Shown: positions 26,506 through 39,980 of the stretch, in pieces | Position numbering within the stretch: position 1 is the first letter of the stretch | How the letters are laid out: each line of letters starts with the position of its first letter | From: Pelomyxa schiedti | Lineage: Eukaryota > Protista > Evosea | Direction: 5' to 3' | DNA length: 64,000 bases | Assembly (NCBI GenBank): GCA_020536535.1 | Contig: JAHLWZ010000594.1 | Location: 1-64,000, forward strand | Made by a program: the position numbers and the translations under genes | Notes under the pieces: model-generated | The model's database searches: none | What the model saw: the letters and a program-made list of their open reading frames with translations, nothing else | Told to the model about the DNA's origin: nothing

Positions 26506-27419
26506 CCACCAACAACAAAAACACACCCCAACGACTTGTGTGATTTCCCAAATCAACCAATCCTCTCTCCTTACACTATCTCAGCAATTTCCCAAAATAC
26601 CTTACAACCACGCTTTTTCTTTTGTGGTTTTACCTTAAAGGACGTATCCATGCCGATCGCGGACCGTCACAATCACAACATCAGTGTCCAAAAATACAAA
26701 CCCCCAGAAAAACCTCACACAAAGGGGCAGTATTCCTTTTTCGTTCGGAAGAAATATTTCGTTTTGCCCAATGCTGGATTCTTTAGGCAAATTGAAGCGG
26801 AGCCATAATCACTAATAAATTGTGCGTGTTTCATCGAGGTTGTCACTTGGGTGCCATTCCTTTGGCTGGAAAATTGTGTACTCCCAGACAACTTTTTAAG
26901 GTTCACTTGCTTGTCAAAATCCATAAAAACAAAGGCCACAAGGAGCCTAACTGTTGCCCAGGGAACAGCCATACCCGCCACAAAGTCGCTGACCACACAG
27001 AGGGCTATTTTTTCCTTCACTTTCGAGGTCAGAATCCTGCTTCCCGCTTTTTTTTTTTCTTGGCTCGGTAGAAACACAACACCGAGTTGTTGTTGTCATT
27101 GACCCTAACAACAAACAATACAGCAGTGATAGTGATAGTGAGTGAGTGAGTGAGGGCATACGCCGCTGCCGTTATTTACTATTTATCGCTCAGGCTGGGT
27201 TTACTTGTGACTGTTTCAACTTGATAAGCGCATCGACATCGCCGCATTCCAGCGCTGTTGTGCACATTTGGACCCACGTGCTATTGCGAATAACATACAC
27301 TCGGTGATTGATTGATTCATTTGCTGACTGTCAATTGTGTGCTTATTGTTTACTGGCAAATTTGGTTTACGTTATTGGCTGGAGGCATATTGGGAAGAAT
27401 CATCCGGGACGTGTGAGAA

Positions 27420-29079
27420 ATGAATGGCCTCAAGAGTATGAAGTGCTGGCACACTGGCGACGAGAATATCGAGTGCCACTTGTGCGGTAGCGTTGTGTCA
27501 CAGACTTACTACCAAGGAGGACTTGTACTCAAGAGGGAAGCTGGAGGAATACAGGCCCCGAGGAGGCCACACCACAGCCGTGAGGAGGAAACAAAGAGAA
27601 AGCAGTATTCAGTACAGCGCCCTTCGTTGAAAAGGAATCCTCTCAGGGAGCTGCCTGGAAATGCAAGGTATACTATTGACTGCGCCGTGGAGCAAAAGGG
27701 AGTCACTACAAAGGAAGCGCCTATCTCTGAAGACAGCAGTACTCCAGAAAATCCCGCCACACTTGTTTTCCACCAAGAATCCTCCGAGTCTGACTGCATG
27801 ACTCCGCTTTTATCCCAATCATCACGCCCGAGTATGGGAGAGACTGAGGACAATCCGATACTTATTGAAAGCGAGTCTCTCTCCCCCCCTTCCGATTCTG
27901 AGGAGCTTTCCCCACATGAGTCAATTAAAGAAACTGGTTCTAAGTCCTCAGAGAGAGCATCCCAAATTATCCCACTTGGCTCCGTGGAGCACTCTCGTAT
28001 CGAGTTTGAAGTAGAGTTGTTCAAAACTATGTGCATCGGAGAAAAGGAGGTCAGTTTTTGTTAACTTCTTTCTCTTACTTACCTTTACTCAGTCTCGTAA
28101 TTACCGCTCCCGGAACTTCAACTTTCCACCGGGTAGTACCGTAAACTCCGGGATGAGATTTATACTCATAGACTGGTTAATAGAAGTAGTTGAAGTAAGT
28201 ACTCATAATGGTCTTCTTATGCTTATGGTGAAATGAAGGAATACAGACTTTCCGAAGAAACTCTCTTTCACAGTGTGAATTATGTCGACCGGTATCTTGA
28301 ACGGAATCCAAACACACCCCGAGCAAAGCTACAGCTTGTTGGAATGGCTGCCATTTTCATTGCTTCGTATGAATACCCGATTTTCATGTTTACCAGTAAT
28401 CTCTACTGCAGGAAATACCAAGACATTACCCCTCCAAGCTCTAAGCAGCTCGCCGACATTTCCGCCAATACATACACAAAGAGTGAAGTAATTGAAATGG
28501 AACAGGAACTGCTGAGAGCTCTTTGCTTCAGACTTGCACCAGTCACCTCTTCCGCGTTCTTGTCCTTCTTCCTCCAACAATTTCCAATCAGAGATCAGCT
28601 CCACTATTTGCCCAAGGTTTCTACTTTACCACGCTGACACGTTATACTAATTTCCCCTCAGTATCTTCTTGAAATGACACTGCTGGACGACAGGATGGGG
28701 CAATATCCTCCATCACTTGTTGCTTCCTCTGCACTTGCTCTTTCAAACCATACTCTTGGGATAACAAACTGCTGGGTATGTCGTCCCCCAAAACAAATCC
28801 CACCTATCTTATTTATTTCCATTTGCAGCCGCAGCTCCTTGGTAGTATCACTGGATACAACATCGCGGAATTGATGCCATGCATGAATGACATCACAGTG
28901 TTCTGGCGGAACCTGATTGTTCCCACACAGATGCACAGAGCTCTCATTGAGAAGTATTCCAACCCAAAGGTGTGTTTATCTTTCCGCTACATTCCACATT
29001 GACTTACACACCACAGATGTGCCGGGTTGGTTGCATTGCGCCCCCAAAGGGTTTCACTTCCCCTTGTTTCAACGAGTGA
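27420..29079 (+). CDS. Mitotic (A/B-type) cyclin, multi-exon
   Basis: Cyclin box MRFILIDWLIEVVE|EYRLSEETLFHSVNYVDRYL, LQLVGMAAIFIAS; D-box-like RNPLRELPGN; C-terminal YPPSLVASSAL and ALIEKYS. Confidence 0.88.
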
Positions 29080-29419
29080 CAAATACTCTGGGTGCGAAGT
29101 ACTAGCTATTAATATGCCGGCACTCTTCCCCCAAAGGACAGGGTGTTGGTAACAAACCCCACCATCATAATACTTTTAGAAAACAAACAAAACAAAAAGA
29201 AAAAAGCTGTGGAGAAATGCCACAACAATTTAATTTATATCTTGGAATTTATCTTTTAGACCTGGGTTGGGTAGTGAAAACCATGTGCTTCCAGGCGGGC
29301 AAACGTCAAGTGGATCCGACCTCAAGGAAATGCAAAACACACGTTTGGATCTGGCTCGGCTTTCTATTGTCCCATCAACCTCGGAAAGATTCACACGTAA
29401 AAGCATACAGAGGCAGGCA

Positions 29420-32400
29420 ATGCACGGCACTACGGGTGGGGGCCCCCGCTACCCGGCGAACAACAACCACCATCATCGCCGCGACGATAGCGACTCGCAC
29501 GCGCGTGGTGGTGACGGCGACCGCGGTGGGGGTGGGGGTGGGGGTAGGGGTGTAGGTGGTGGGAGACGCGACCGGGGGGAGCCCGACTACGACTACGACG
29601 GGGTGGTGGTCGTGTACGAGGACCACTCTTCGTCCTCGTCCTCGTCCACGCGCCGGCGGTACCCCCCACCACCCCCCCCACAACAACAACAACCAAGCCA
29701 CACCGCTGCTGCTGTTTCTGACAGGACGGGACGCAGCGGGGGGGACCGCGCCTATGGTGGTAGTGGCTATGGGGGGGGGCTACGCCCAACCGCAGCCGCA
29801 GCCGCAGCAGGGGGGAGGGGGCGGGGGTGGGTGGCAGGATGGCGGTGGGATCACCGGAGGGGGTGGGGGCAACGCAGTGGGGGTGGTGGGGGTGGCGGGG
29901 GTGGGGGGGGAGCAGGGCGGGAGGGATGTGGGCTACAATGGCACATTCTACGGAACCACGCCCACGGCCACTAGTGCTACTCTGGGGTACGGTGGCTATG
30001 GAGGAGGGGAGGGTGACAATGGTGCGTTGTATCAACAGCAGCAGCAGGGCGACCGTGGCCGTGACCGTGACCAGCAGCAGGCACAGGCACAGTACCAGGG
30101 GGAGGGTGATCAGCAGCAGCAGACGTACTACTATGACAGCGGGGGATCAGGGGTGGTGTACCGCGGCAGTGGTAGTGGTAGTGAGACTGGTTGGGACAAT
30201 CCCGTCAACTCGGCCGGTGGCTATTATGCAACAAGGGACTACAACAATAGCCGCGGTGATGATTACTATACCAGCACCAAACAAGGTGGAGGTAGGGCGA
30301 GCTATTATGCAGGCACTAGAGCAAGCGGAGAGAGCTACTACAACCAGGAGGGTCCAAGGAGGTCACATTATGAGGAAGAGACCCCAAGGAAAGTTTTTGT
30401 TGGAAATTTGACTCCAGATGTAACCTCAGGTGTTTACTTGTTTACACTTCGCCACAATCTCACTAGATTTGACATGACCTTTTTCTTCTTATCAATTTTT
30501 TAGAAATGCTGGGCTCATTTCTAAGTTGTTATGGCCATATATGTGACAGTATTGTAATTCGTGATAGCCAAGCAAACAGTAGGGGATTCGGATTTGTTGT
30601 ATATGATACACTGGAGCAAGCTGATGCTGCTGTGTTTGCTGGAGAACAGCATCTGATTGTATATGACGGAAGAGAAGTGTGTTGTGAAAAAAGACAATGG
30701 TCGTTACTTACCCATATACCTATTTCTTTAGTTAGAGGTTAAAAAGGCTATGCCCCGTGGGGCAACAAAAAAGTGGAAACCTTCACCTGCCATTGATACT
30801 TCCAATGGTAATAAAATAGAAAGTTACAAAGATGTGACCCAAACCTATCATTTAACTTTCCTCAGAAGAGAAAAAGATTTTTGTGGGTGGATTGCATAAC
30901 AACACATCTGCTGGTGTGCTTCCCAAAGTCGTTTTTAGTTTCACAACATGCAACCTTTTATTTTTCATCGTTTTGTTTGCCATCTTTTCAATGAGTAGAT
31001 GGTATTCATTAGACTACCATCTACTTTTAAATTAGTTTAGTTGTTCCAGAAGGGAAACTTAGTTTAGTGCAGAGGTCCTAGTCTTTCTTAACCCTTCTGA
31101 GTTTAGTTGAAGACACCTAGAAATCAAATAAAATCACCTTACTTTAACAGACCAACCTTCTTCAAACTAAGTACTTCCTACTCCCTAACTACAAAACTAG
31201 ATGAATTCAAAGCTTACTTCAGCCTGTTTGGGGAAGTTAATTCTGCACAAATTATGGTTGACAGAAACACTGGCAAAAGACGGGGCTTTGGCTTTATTGT
31301 TTATGAAACTTCTGAGGCTGCAGAACGAGCCCTGTCTACAAAAGAACATAGATTGTGTGGAAAAGAGGTACTCTGCTTTTGTTTACAATTACCTAAGTGG
31401 CTCAAGGTGGAAGTAAAAAGAGCTCAACCCAAGGCAGCTCCCCCAAGTGACACATATAACCCTTCACAGTATCCCCCGCAACAGTCTTACCCATCGTATT
31501 CACCTCCACAAACTTACGTACCACAAGTTCCTCCATATTCACAGCAATTCCAGTACACTCCCGAATCTACATCATCCCAGCCCACCTCTTCACAGCTTGA
31601 TGGCCGGTATCAGTACCAACAGCAACAATCGGTGGGTTCTCCTTACTCGCAGGCAAACAATCCATCAACAACCTCCCCATTCAGTAGCGAGAATCCCTCT
31701 CAGCGGCCGGAACAATCCCCGTATTATTCCGGCCCTCCCGAATCTGAAACGCAAGACCAGTACCAAGAAGCCAAAAATTTGCCACCCAGACCACCTCAAT
31801 TCCAATCCGGCGTCAGTCAGCCATACAACAGGCAATATGTGACACAGCCGGAACAACAATCGACACCACCTCCCCAGCTCTACAAATCACAACCCACGCC
31901 CACAACCACTACTACGAACACCAGCACCCAATTTCCGCTGGTTCCTCCTCGCCAATATCTACCGCAAACCAAAGGAACTGATCCGCAGTCACGAACACCT
32001 TCCAATTTTCAACCCGGAATTCCACCCTCATTCCAGTCACCTATCAACAATAACAACAACCCACAGGACCGGCTCTCCGGGCCAATTAGCACATTCCAGC
32101 AGCAACAAATTCCACCCCCACCACTCCCCTCAGAATCACCATCGCCATTGACATCCCCAATTCCTGGTGGGTCTATGTACCAAGTGCCCCCTGCTACAGG
32201 TTGGACTTTTTCCTTCCCTCTATGGTCCTTTTTCTAACATGATTTACTTCTCCCAAAACCAAGGAAACCGGTACTCACCCTATCAATCGGGTTTGTATTA
32301 ACTCTTCTATTCTTTCTATTAACAGTTGTTAAGGTGGAGGGCCCAGGCAGGTCAATCCCCGGCAATTCAGCACCCCACTCAGTACCAATCAACAACCTGG

Positions 32401-32428
32401 TGGAAGTACAGACTCTAATTGGCACTAG
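29420..32428 (+). CDS. Two-RRM RNA-binding protein (Musashi/hnRNP A/Hrp1-like) with Gly/Tyr- and Gln/Pro-rich low-complexity regions
   Basis: RNP2 KVFVGNL and KIFVGGL, RNP1 RGFGFV and RGFGFI, VEVKRAQP, terminal NRYSPY. Start and end are approximate; apparent 1-nt frameshift at the G run 29771-29779. Confidence 0.75.
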
Positions 32429-32704
32429 GGCTCATTTTACCTTACCTGCAAATCAAAATGTAAAAATGATCGGCCTGTTTCGTACAAAAATTTGTTTCGC
32501 TTTTTGGTACTTTTTGTCTCGGCGTTGCCCATCACAATCACTTCGTGGAGGAGAAATTGATTTGCCGGTTGGGTTATCAACGGAGCTGTAACGCATTTTT
32601 GTCTGTAGACCACACAACCGGGCAAGCGAGAGCGACAAGTATATGAGATTGTACAATGCCGTTGTTCGTTAAGCCTTGTTATTTAAGGGTGTTTTGTTTG
32701 AATT

Positions 32705-33660
32705 ATGGGGTTGTGTCCCAGCAGAGATGAATTTGATGTGCCTGAGGGCGACGACATCGCCGAGGACGAGAGAATAGGCATCTTTTATTCATTAATTTGT
32801 ATTATTAATTCGTCTAACCCGGAGCCGGGTCATGTGCATGGCAGTAAAACCTCGGAGAAGAGAACAAAAGGAACCTACATACAAAATTGTGCTTTTGGGG
32901 GAATCGAATACGGGAAAAACCTCACTGGTTTCTCGTATCACAAGAAATACATTTCAGAGTGACCCATCAAACACTATCGGGTGTGACTCCTTTTTCCCCC
33001 TGAAGCTTGGCAGCAATGTCACCTTTCTTACTCGTGTTCAGGGCCACATTTCAGGTTTTCAACGCAACTGTGAATGGTAAGACAGTTAAATTGGAGGTGT
33101 GTGAGCTCTTTCTTTTTTTTAAATGCCAAGGATTTCACTATAAATAGTTGTGGGATACCGCCGGACAGGAGAGGTATAGATCACTCACACCTATGTACAT
33201 GCGTGGGGCGCATGCCGGAATTATTGGTATGTAATTTTCTTTTTGCCAGCAATCAAGTGACATTTATTTTTACAGTATATGATATAACAAACATGGTCTC
33301 TTCCACAATCATCCGAATTCCCACTTACAATGCTTACCATAGTCTTCATTTGATGGTATGAAGCAGTGGGCCGAGGACCTCAAGTCCACAGCTTTGGATG
33401 GCTGTGTTGTTGCCATTGTAGGCAACAAAACAGACCTAGCTGACAAAAGGATTATTGAAAAGACCGTTGGGGAGGAATACCTGAAAACAGTAGAGAACAG
33501 ACCACCTGACCCTACTAACAATGGGAGGCTCGTTTTCGCAGGCTTCTCAGAGGTGAGTGCCAAGACAGGGGAAGGTGTAATGGAATCATTTGACGTTCTG
33601 TGCCACAAGCTTGTTGCAACCCACACACTTCCAACCTCTTCTGTCTCAACAAAATCCTAG
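32705..33660 (+). CDS. Rab5/Rab22-like GTPase with N-terminal MGLC and no C-terminal cysteines, multi-exon
   Basis: KIVLLGESNTGKTS, TIG|ATF, WDTAGQERYRSLTPMYMRGA, VYDIT, GNKTDL, EVSAKTG. Confidence 0.85.
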
Positions 33661-33908
33661 ACCTATCAAAAATAACTGGAACAAACAAATTCCCAGTGGA
33701 AATTCCAAAGAAAAAGAAACACACAGTCTTCGGCAATCAAAACTATAAAAAAGGAAGCCCCCCAAGGGTGTCGCACCCAAACGCTGATAGAGAAGAAATT
33801 TTGGGCTTTTCCGCAACTTGATGTATCAGTGTCTCCCCCAAAAGGAGAGTATCATACGAGTTACAGCAAGTTATTATTTATCAGTGCCAACTGATGGGGA
33901 GGGCGAAG

Positions 33909-36900
33909 ATGTCCTCCTTTTCCGCTCCTTTATACCCTAAAGTTTTCCTGTAACCGAACTTATGGGTCCCTTCACGAGTGTTTTACTGTAACAGACCTTC
34001 TGGTTACCCTTCAGAGACTGGTGTTGTGTGTGTTCTTTTGTGGTAGGTTGTACTGGGATGTGGAGGATTGAATAAGTTCTTCTTCAGGCGTTTGTGGTCC
34101 GTAAGTATTTAGAACTGGTTGGTGTGGGGGATGCAACGAGCTCAGGTTCGAAGTGCCACGTACACTTACTTATGGGGAATGGAGTGTGACGTGTAACGCA
34201 CAGGTGTCGACGTTGACGCACTTCCCCGACTTTGTCGACAACAACCCACTTTCTAAGTATGATCGACCACACTTCATGTTGGGTGCGTAACCCCCCCTTC
34301 CCTTGGTTTTCTCGTTCATACGACTTTTTTTTTCCCCCATGAGGATTTTCATCCCACGCTTACCTTGAATTAATAGGATGGCTTGTTTGTAGATATGTTA
34401 ACAGTAATACTCTGGTTGTGGGTGTTCCAGTGACGGCTCCTGGTGCAACTCCAAATATTTACTCCATCTCATCCTCTCTAAATGTAAGTTCGTTGAGCTT
34501 AGCTTTTAAAGTTTACCAATACCTCTCACGCTTAGATAACGGCACTGACATTACAATTTCCGTACATAATCACATGCCATCAAGCTGAAACACTCCAACT
34601 ATTCAATGTCAAAACAAGGCAAGCCGAGCAGTACATACAAGTGTGCTTTACTGCAAGGATGTATGTTGCTTTTCTCATTGCTTTGTTAGGAAAGAGATTC
34701 ACTGTCAGTTGTGAGAGGTATTTTTTCTGACAGTAGATCCATCATTGCGGTCTTTCCAAAAAAACTCATGGTGATGATTCAAAATAGAAAGGAATAAGTT
34801 CTCCCTGCTAACATTAGGAAACAGATATGGCAACGAGACAACTTATCTAAAGGGCCTCAAAATATAAATCTGAATGTCGACGTTGTCCCAACTATATCGG
34901 TATAGAGGCATAGTATTCAATCTCTTTAATTTTACCAGGCTCCTCACGAGTTTCGCTGTAGCACCTTACCTGATAACCGACTTTTACTTGTTAACACCAA
35001 TCCCTCTGGTCCGCTCTTGCAGGTGGCTTTATAAAATTTCTCAAACAAGCTGTCTTACTCTTTGAAGGTGTGGGATGTTGTGAAAGGCGAAATTATCAGC
35101 TACATTGAAAACCGTGCGAAGTCGCCTCCTCCTGAAGCAATGAGCCTTTGCGGTGATTACATTATCACAAGTGGACGAGATGCAGCCTACATTTGGGATT
35201 TTGCAGGAAAATCGCACGTACCCACACCCATACTGGAAGTTTCTAAACGCAACTCTAGAGGCATTTTGAAAGGAAATAAGTTTGGAGACGTAGGGATTAC
35301 TGCTATACATGCCGATACCCAGATTATCATATTGGGTACTTCTTCAGGGCACCTTAGCTTGCATACGTTTCCAAGTGGAAATCTTTTTTACAATATCACA
35401 AGGTGAATACCCTATGAATATCTTTGTATGCTTATTCCTTTCAGGTTCAGGAGCTTATTGCTAACTGGAATAAGACCCAAGTCAATTTTCTTTCGTTTTA
35501 ATGTTGTCACATTGCACGTAGGATTGTGCAAATACAACGAGTTGGAAGGTGGATAGTCTGTCAAATGGACAACAATAAAGTGGAAGTTTACGATCTCTTC
35601 CAACCAGTACGACTCGCAAATGCCCCTTTCAGTTTCTAATAGTACTAGGAAACTGCAGCCCCCCTTGATGGATACATTCATCCCATCCCTGGAGTCCTGA
35701 GAGATGTGTCCATTTACGACCAAAAAGTTTATCTCACATACAGTGTCTCCGCTGAACCAAACGCTGCAAAAAGCGGGCTTCGACCAGTTAGACAGAAACC
35801 AGACGTGGTACTCTGGTCCCCTAAACTGGAGTTGGAAGGTACCCACTCACGTCATCTATAAATGAAAACAAACTCGTAGGGTTCGAGTTTTATGCCTCTG
35901 AACCGGAATTGAATACCTGTTCATGCCCTGAAATTCTCATTCATGTACCTCCTTCTTGAATACCAGGGTAAACTGAAGTGGTGCAGGGCTTCATAAAAGT
36001 ACTGAAGTTGATACACAAACTGCAGATCCTCCGAGGGGAGGACCTTCGACCTTTCATTAACACCGTTTCCACTTTTATCCCCTGGATTGTGGGTGTGAGT
36101 GAGGTGAACTCTAGAATCTTATATCTTATCCTAACTGCTGTAAGCTTGAAGCCAAACTGCAAATTCGTCTCCCATTCATGCTTTACCGAAGTGTAGTTGT
36201 AGATTTGGATGATTTGGAGTTTTATGCCCTAAAGTTACTCAAGGTATTCAATCCCACTGCTTTGCTTGTTTAACCAAACTACAGCAAGGAGTTGCGGCAG
36301 CAGCCGTAAGAGCTCTGAAAGTGCGAGAGCGTTTAGATGACTTGTGCACACAATTGACAAAGGGGGTTCTGGCCCTAATTCATACAGCCGAGATGATTGG
36401 TGACGTTCGCAGTCTCAGTTCAGCCACCTTTCCTTCCGCATCACTTGGCCTATTTGGGGAGCGCCTAATGACGTTTTATTCTTTCTCAGATGACCAACTA
36501 TTCACCTCACCGTATGTAGCAATATTTCTGTTCAACACTTGACTTCGTTTAGGGATCCATCCCTGCCCTCACCAGGTCTGGACGATATTGGTGGGGGACT
36601 TCCAGTAAACCCTACCGCTAGTGCTACGGCAACAACAACATCCACACCAACATCAACAGGCAATGCACCCAGGGCACGAAGAACAATACTAATCCACCCA
36701 CCAAGGGAAAAAAGGGTCCATATCTTATCAAAATCCCGCTCCCACTAACTTATAATAAGGTTGATGAGGAAGAATCAAGTACTACAGCCATAAATGAAGT
36801 AACATTCAATCACCGCTACCATCATCTCACATTACCGAAACACACAGCTTATTTTGGATGTTATGGACAGCCTCTCCCGAACTCACGCCGCCCTGGCACA

Positions 36901-37163
36901 GAAACTCAGCCACTACGACCACGTCTGCTCCTCCGGAATCAATGATGTATCTGTACTCCCTCAACTCGTGGACTTATACGCACGGCTCAAAAATGTTAGT
37001 GCTTCAAAGCAAAATCCCACTAACCCCTCCACAGTTGACTGATGACATCAAAGAAACAGCCAAATCAGTAGCCGAACTACGGGGTGACAACCCCAAAGGA
37101 CAATGGTGGGAAGGTGGCGGTGGATCCTACCTGCCAAATCCACTGCATCAATCCCAGGAATAA
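33909..37163 (+). CDS. WD40-repeat-containing hypothetical protein, many small exons
   Basis: KVWDVVKGEII, AYIWDF, ITAIHADTQIIILGTSSGHL WD-like strands; regular GT-AG pattern. Boundaries are uncertain. Confidence 0.5.
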
Positions 37164-37281
37164 ACACAAAACTCCGGATAGAAAAGGGTCTCAAACCGGA
37201 GGAAGAGGACGTCATGAAACACCACAATCCCTCGGGTTAACCTTCCCAATAATAAAGAGAGTTTTGATTGTTTCCACGAAC

Positions 37282-38590
37282 TTGGGGCTACAACCGTCCA
37301 AGTCGCGCGGGGCCTCATGTCAAACTGGAATTACAACCACGACAAGCAATGCCAATGGAAACGGGATCGTGGTCACATCCACCAAATTCCTCCGACCAAA
37401 GTATCACCTCATCTCTGCTTGTTGCCCAGGAGTGGTGGCCCTGATGGCAGGGACTCACCCCCGATGCGGAGCGAGGAGCCCAGTGGCCATTGTGGGACTG
37501 CACGGCCAATCGCTGCTCAGGATCCTGGTGGATTTCGTCGCCGTGGTGATGACGCAACGGAATATTGATGTCGAGGGTTGGGGTGGGCTTCGCTGCCGCG
37601 GAAGGTGGAGACGTCAGTTCAGTTTCGCGATCTCACCACTCTTTGGAATCACAAGTGAAGTGACTGAGCCGATAAGTTCGGTTGACTTCACGAAGGCAGC
37701 ACGCTTGATAGACGAGCAGTGCTCGCAGGCAAACAATGCATTGTGGGAGGTGGTGTGTTACCCAAAGTTCCCCCCGGCATGGGACCTGGATTTAAAGAAG
37801 AGACTGATTCTCAAAAAAGTGCAGGGGCACAGCGTGGAGGTTCCTTTTGATGCTTTCAACGGCCATGCACATGTGTGGTTCATCGGTTTGGACTCTGAGA
37901 CACCAAACGAGCTTCTGTTGCTTTTCTCTGAGGAGGGTCACCTGAACATAGTTGTTCACATGGTTGCTGACTTACTGGGTTCGTTCGCCACCAGAAGCCT
38001 GGTGGTTCTGAGCCAGGTATCTTTCATCTGGCCCTTCATCCAGTTTGAAGTCGTTTCTACTTTTCTTCTGAGGAGACAGCACATCGGACACCGGTGTTTT
38101 TCTGTCACACATCAAGTGGGACCGAACACACAAGCATCATCAGGTCATAGAATCAGTGGAAGGCAGTGGCGCAACCAGAGTTCTTTCATATGACTCCAAG
38201 TGCCATGTTTCCAAATACACTGAGTCACTGTTCTTCCTATTTTCATGGGCTCCTGCTGAGGGCTCCTGCTGGTCCTACAAACTCTGGGACTGCTCGAGCT
38301 CAACTTCCAGACCAATTAAATCTGTTCAGCTTGTAGATTGCACAGACGAAGCCCTGGTGCTGGACTCCACTGAATTAGGAGTTTTGGCCTTCTGTGTGCC
38401 ACCAAATCAAGTCAGGGTCGTGGATTTGTTGTCAGGTATTTGTGTTCTCACTGTTGAGTTCATTGAAGCACATACACCAATAGAGGGAGTCCAGTTTAAA
38501 AGTGCACAACTTGTAAAAAAGACTCTCGAAGACATCCTCGGTTTTTTGCCAGTCTTTTTTACTTGGTTCAAGAACCTTTGCACTCAGTGA
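37282..38590 (+). pseudogene. HPRCG-box family member 4, probably pseudogenised (ATG->TTG; +1 frameshift near 38095)
   Basis: Aligns end to end with 38706-39896, but has TTG where that paralog has ATG and continues in a shifted frame (cac cgg T gtt ttt ctg vs cac cgt att ttt gtg). Confidence 0.7.
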
Positions 38591-38705
38591 CACTGTAATA
38601 GGAGGGTAATGTCCGTCTACCAGCGCTTTAATCCAATCCCAGGAAGAATCACACATCACAGACCAGGAAGTTTTCGAAAAAGGAAGAAAAAGAAACAACA
38701 TTTTG

Positions 38706-39896
38706 ATGGGGCACAGACCATCCAAGTCATCAGGGGCCTCATGCCAAACTGCAATTTCAACCATCAACGTCGATGGAGGGAAAGTGGTGGCCACATCAAC
38801 CCAATTCCTGCGACCAAAGTATCACCTCGTCTCCGTTTGTTGCCCAGGAGTGATGGCCCTTTTGGCGGGTACTCACCCCCGGTGCGGAGCGAGGAGCCCA
38901 GTGGCCATTGTGGGACTGCACGGCCACGCACTCGTCAGGTTCATTGTGGATTTCGTCGCGGTCGCGTTGACCCAGCGGAGGGTTGATGTTGATGTTGAGA
39001 CTCGTGGGGGGAGGCCGCGTAAGTTCACGTTCACAGTGTCACCACTGCTTGGAATCACAAGTGATGTGACCGGGTGGACAGGCTCGCTGGATAGCTATGG
39101 ATATCTGCGGGCAGACAAATCGTGGTCGAAGGCAACAAATGCGCTGTGGGAGGTGGGGTTGTGTCCGACGTTACCTCAAGCAGGGGATCCGGAATTTCAT
39201 AAGGGACTGGTTCTCAAAAATGCGCAGGGTGAAAGCGTGGAGGTTCCTTTTGATGCTTTCGAAGGCCATGCACATGTGTGGTTCATCAGTTTGGACTCTG
39301 AGACACCAAACGAGCTTCTGTTGCTTGTCTCTGAGGAGTGTCACCTGAACATAGTTGTTCACATGATCGTTGACTTGGAGTGTTCGTTTGCCACCAGAAC
39401 CCTCGTTGTTCTGAGCCAGGTATCTTTCAGCTGGCCCTTTGAAGATTTTGGTATCCTTTCTGCTTGTATTATGAGGAGACAACACATCGGCCACCGTATT
39501 TTTGTGTCAGTCATCTGGAGCCAAAGGCACCTGCGACAGGTAATAGAATCTGTGGAAGGCAGTGGGAAAACCAGAGTTCTTTCTCATGCCTGGGAATGTT
39601 ATGTTTACAAATTCAGTGACTCACTGTTCTTCCTCTTTTCATGGTATCCAGCTGAGGGTTGGGGATACCAACCCTGGAACTGCTCAAACTCAACAACCTC
39701 AAGACCACTTAAATCTGATCAGCTTGTAGAAGCCACAGTCGACGGCTTGGAGCTGTACTCTACAGATTCGGGAGTTTTGGCCTATCGTGTACAACCAAAT
39801 CAAGTCAGAGTGGTAGAATTGTTGTCTGGTGTTGATGTTCTGACTCTTGAGCTTGAAGAACAAGTGTATGAAGTCAAGTTTCGAGGACGCACGTAA
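38706..39896 (+). CDS. Uncharacterised HPRCG-box family protein 5 (intronless)
   Basis: VMALLAGTHPRCGARSPVA; intact ORF, tandem paralog of the upstream pseudogene. Confidence 0.85.
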   Translation: MGHRPSKSSGASCQTAISTINVDGGKVVATSTQFLRPKYHLVSVCCPGVMALLAGTHPRCGARSPVAIVGLHGHALVRFIVDFVAVALTQRRVDVDVETRGGRPRKFTFTVSPLLGITSDVTGWTGSLDSYGYLRADKSWSKATNALWEVGLCPTLPQAGDPEFHKGLVLKNAQGESVEVPFDAFEGHAHVWFISLDSETPNELLLLVSEECHLNIVVHMIVDLECSFATRTLVVLSQVSFSWPFEDFGILSACIMRRQHIGHRIFVSVIWSQRHLRQVIESVEGSGKTRVLSHAWECYVYKFSDSLFFLFSWYPAEGWGYQPWNCSNSTTSRPLKSDQLVEATVDGLELYSTDSGVLAYRVQPNQVRVVELLSGVDVLTLELEEQVYEVKFRGRT

Positions 39897-39980
39897 CCTT
39901 TGAAAAAGTCAAGACAAGGTTGTATTCAAAAAAAAAACACAAGTTTTTTTTTCGTTTGATTGTTCATATCTCACAGTGAT

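Noticed and set aside
26600-27400. Intergenic ORFs or possible snRNA between SRPK and cyclin
   Set aside because: No protein motif and no U1/U2/U5/U6, tRNA or rRNA signature found by eye.
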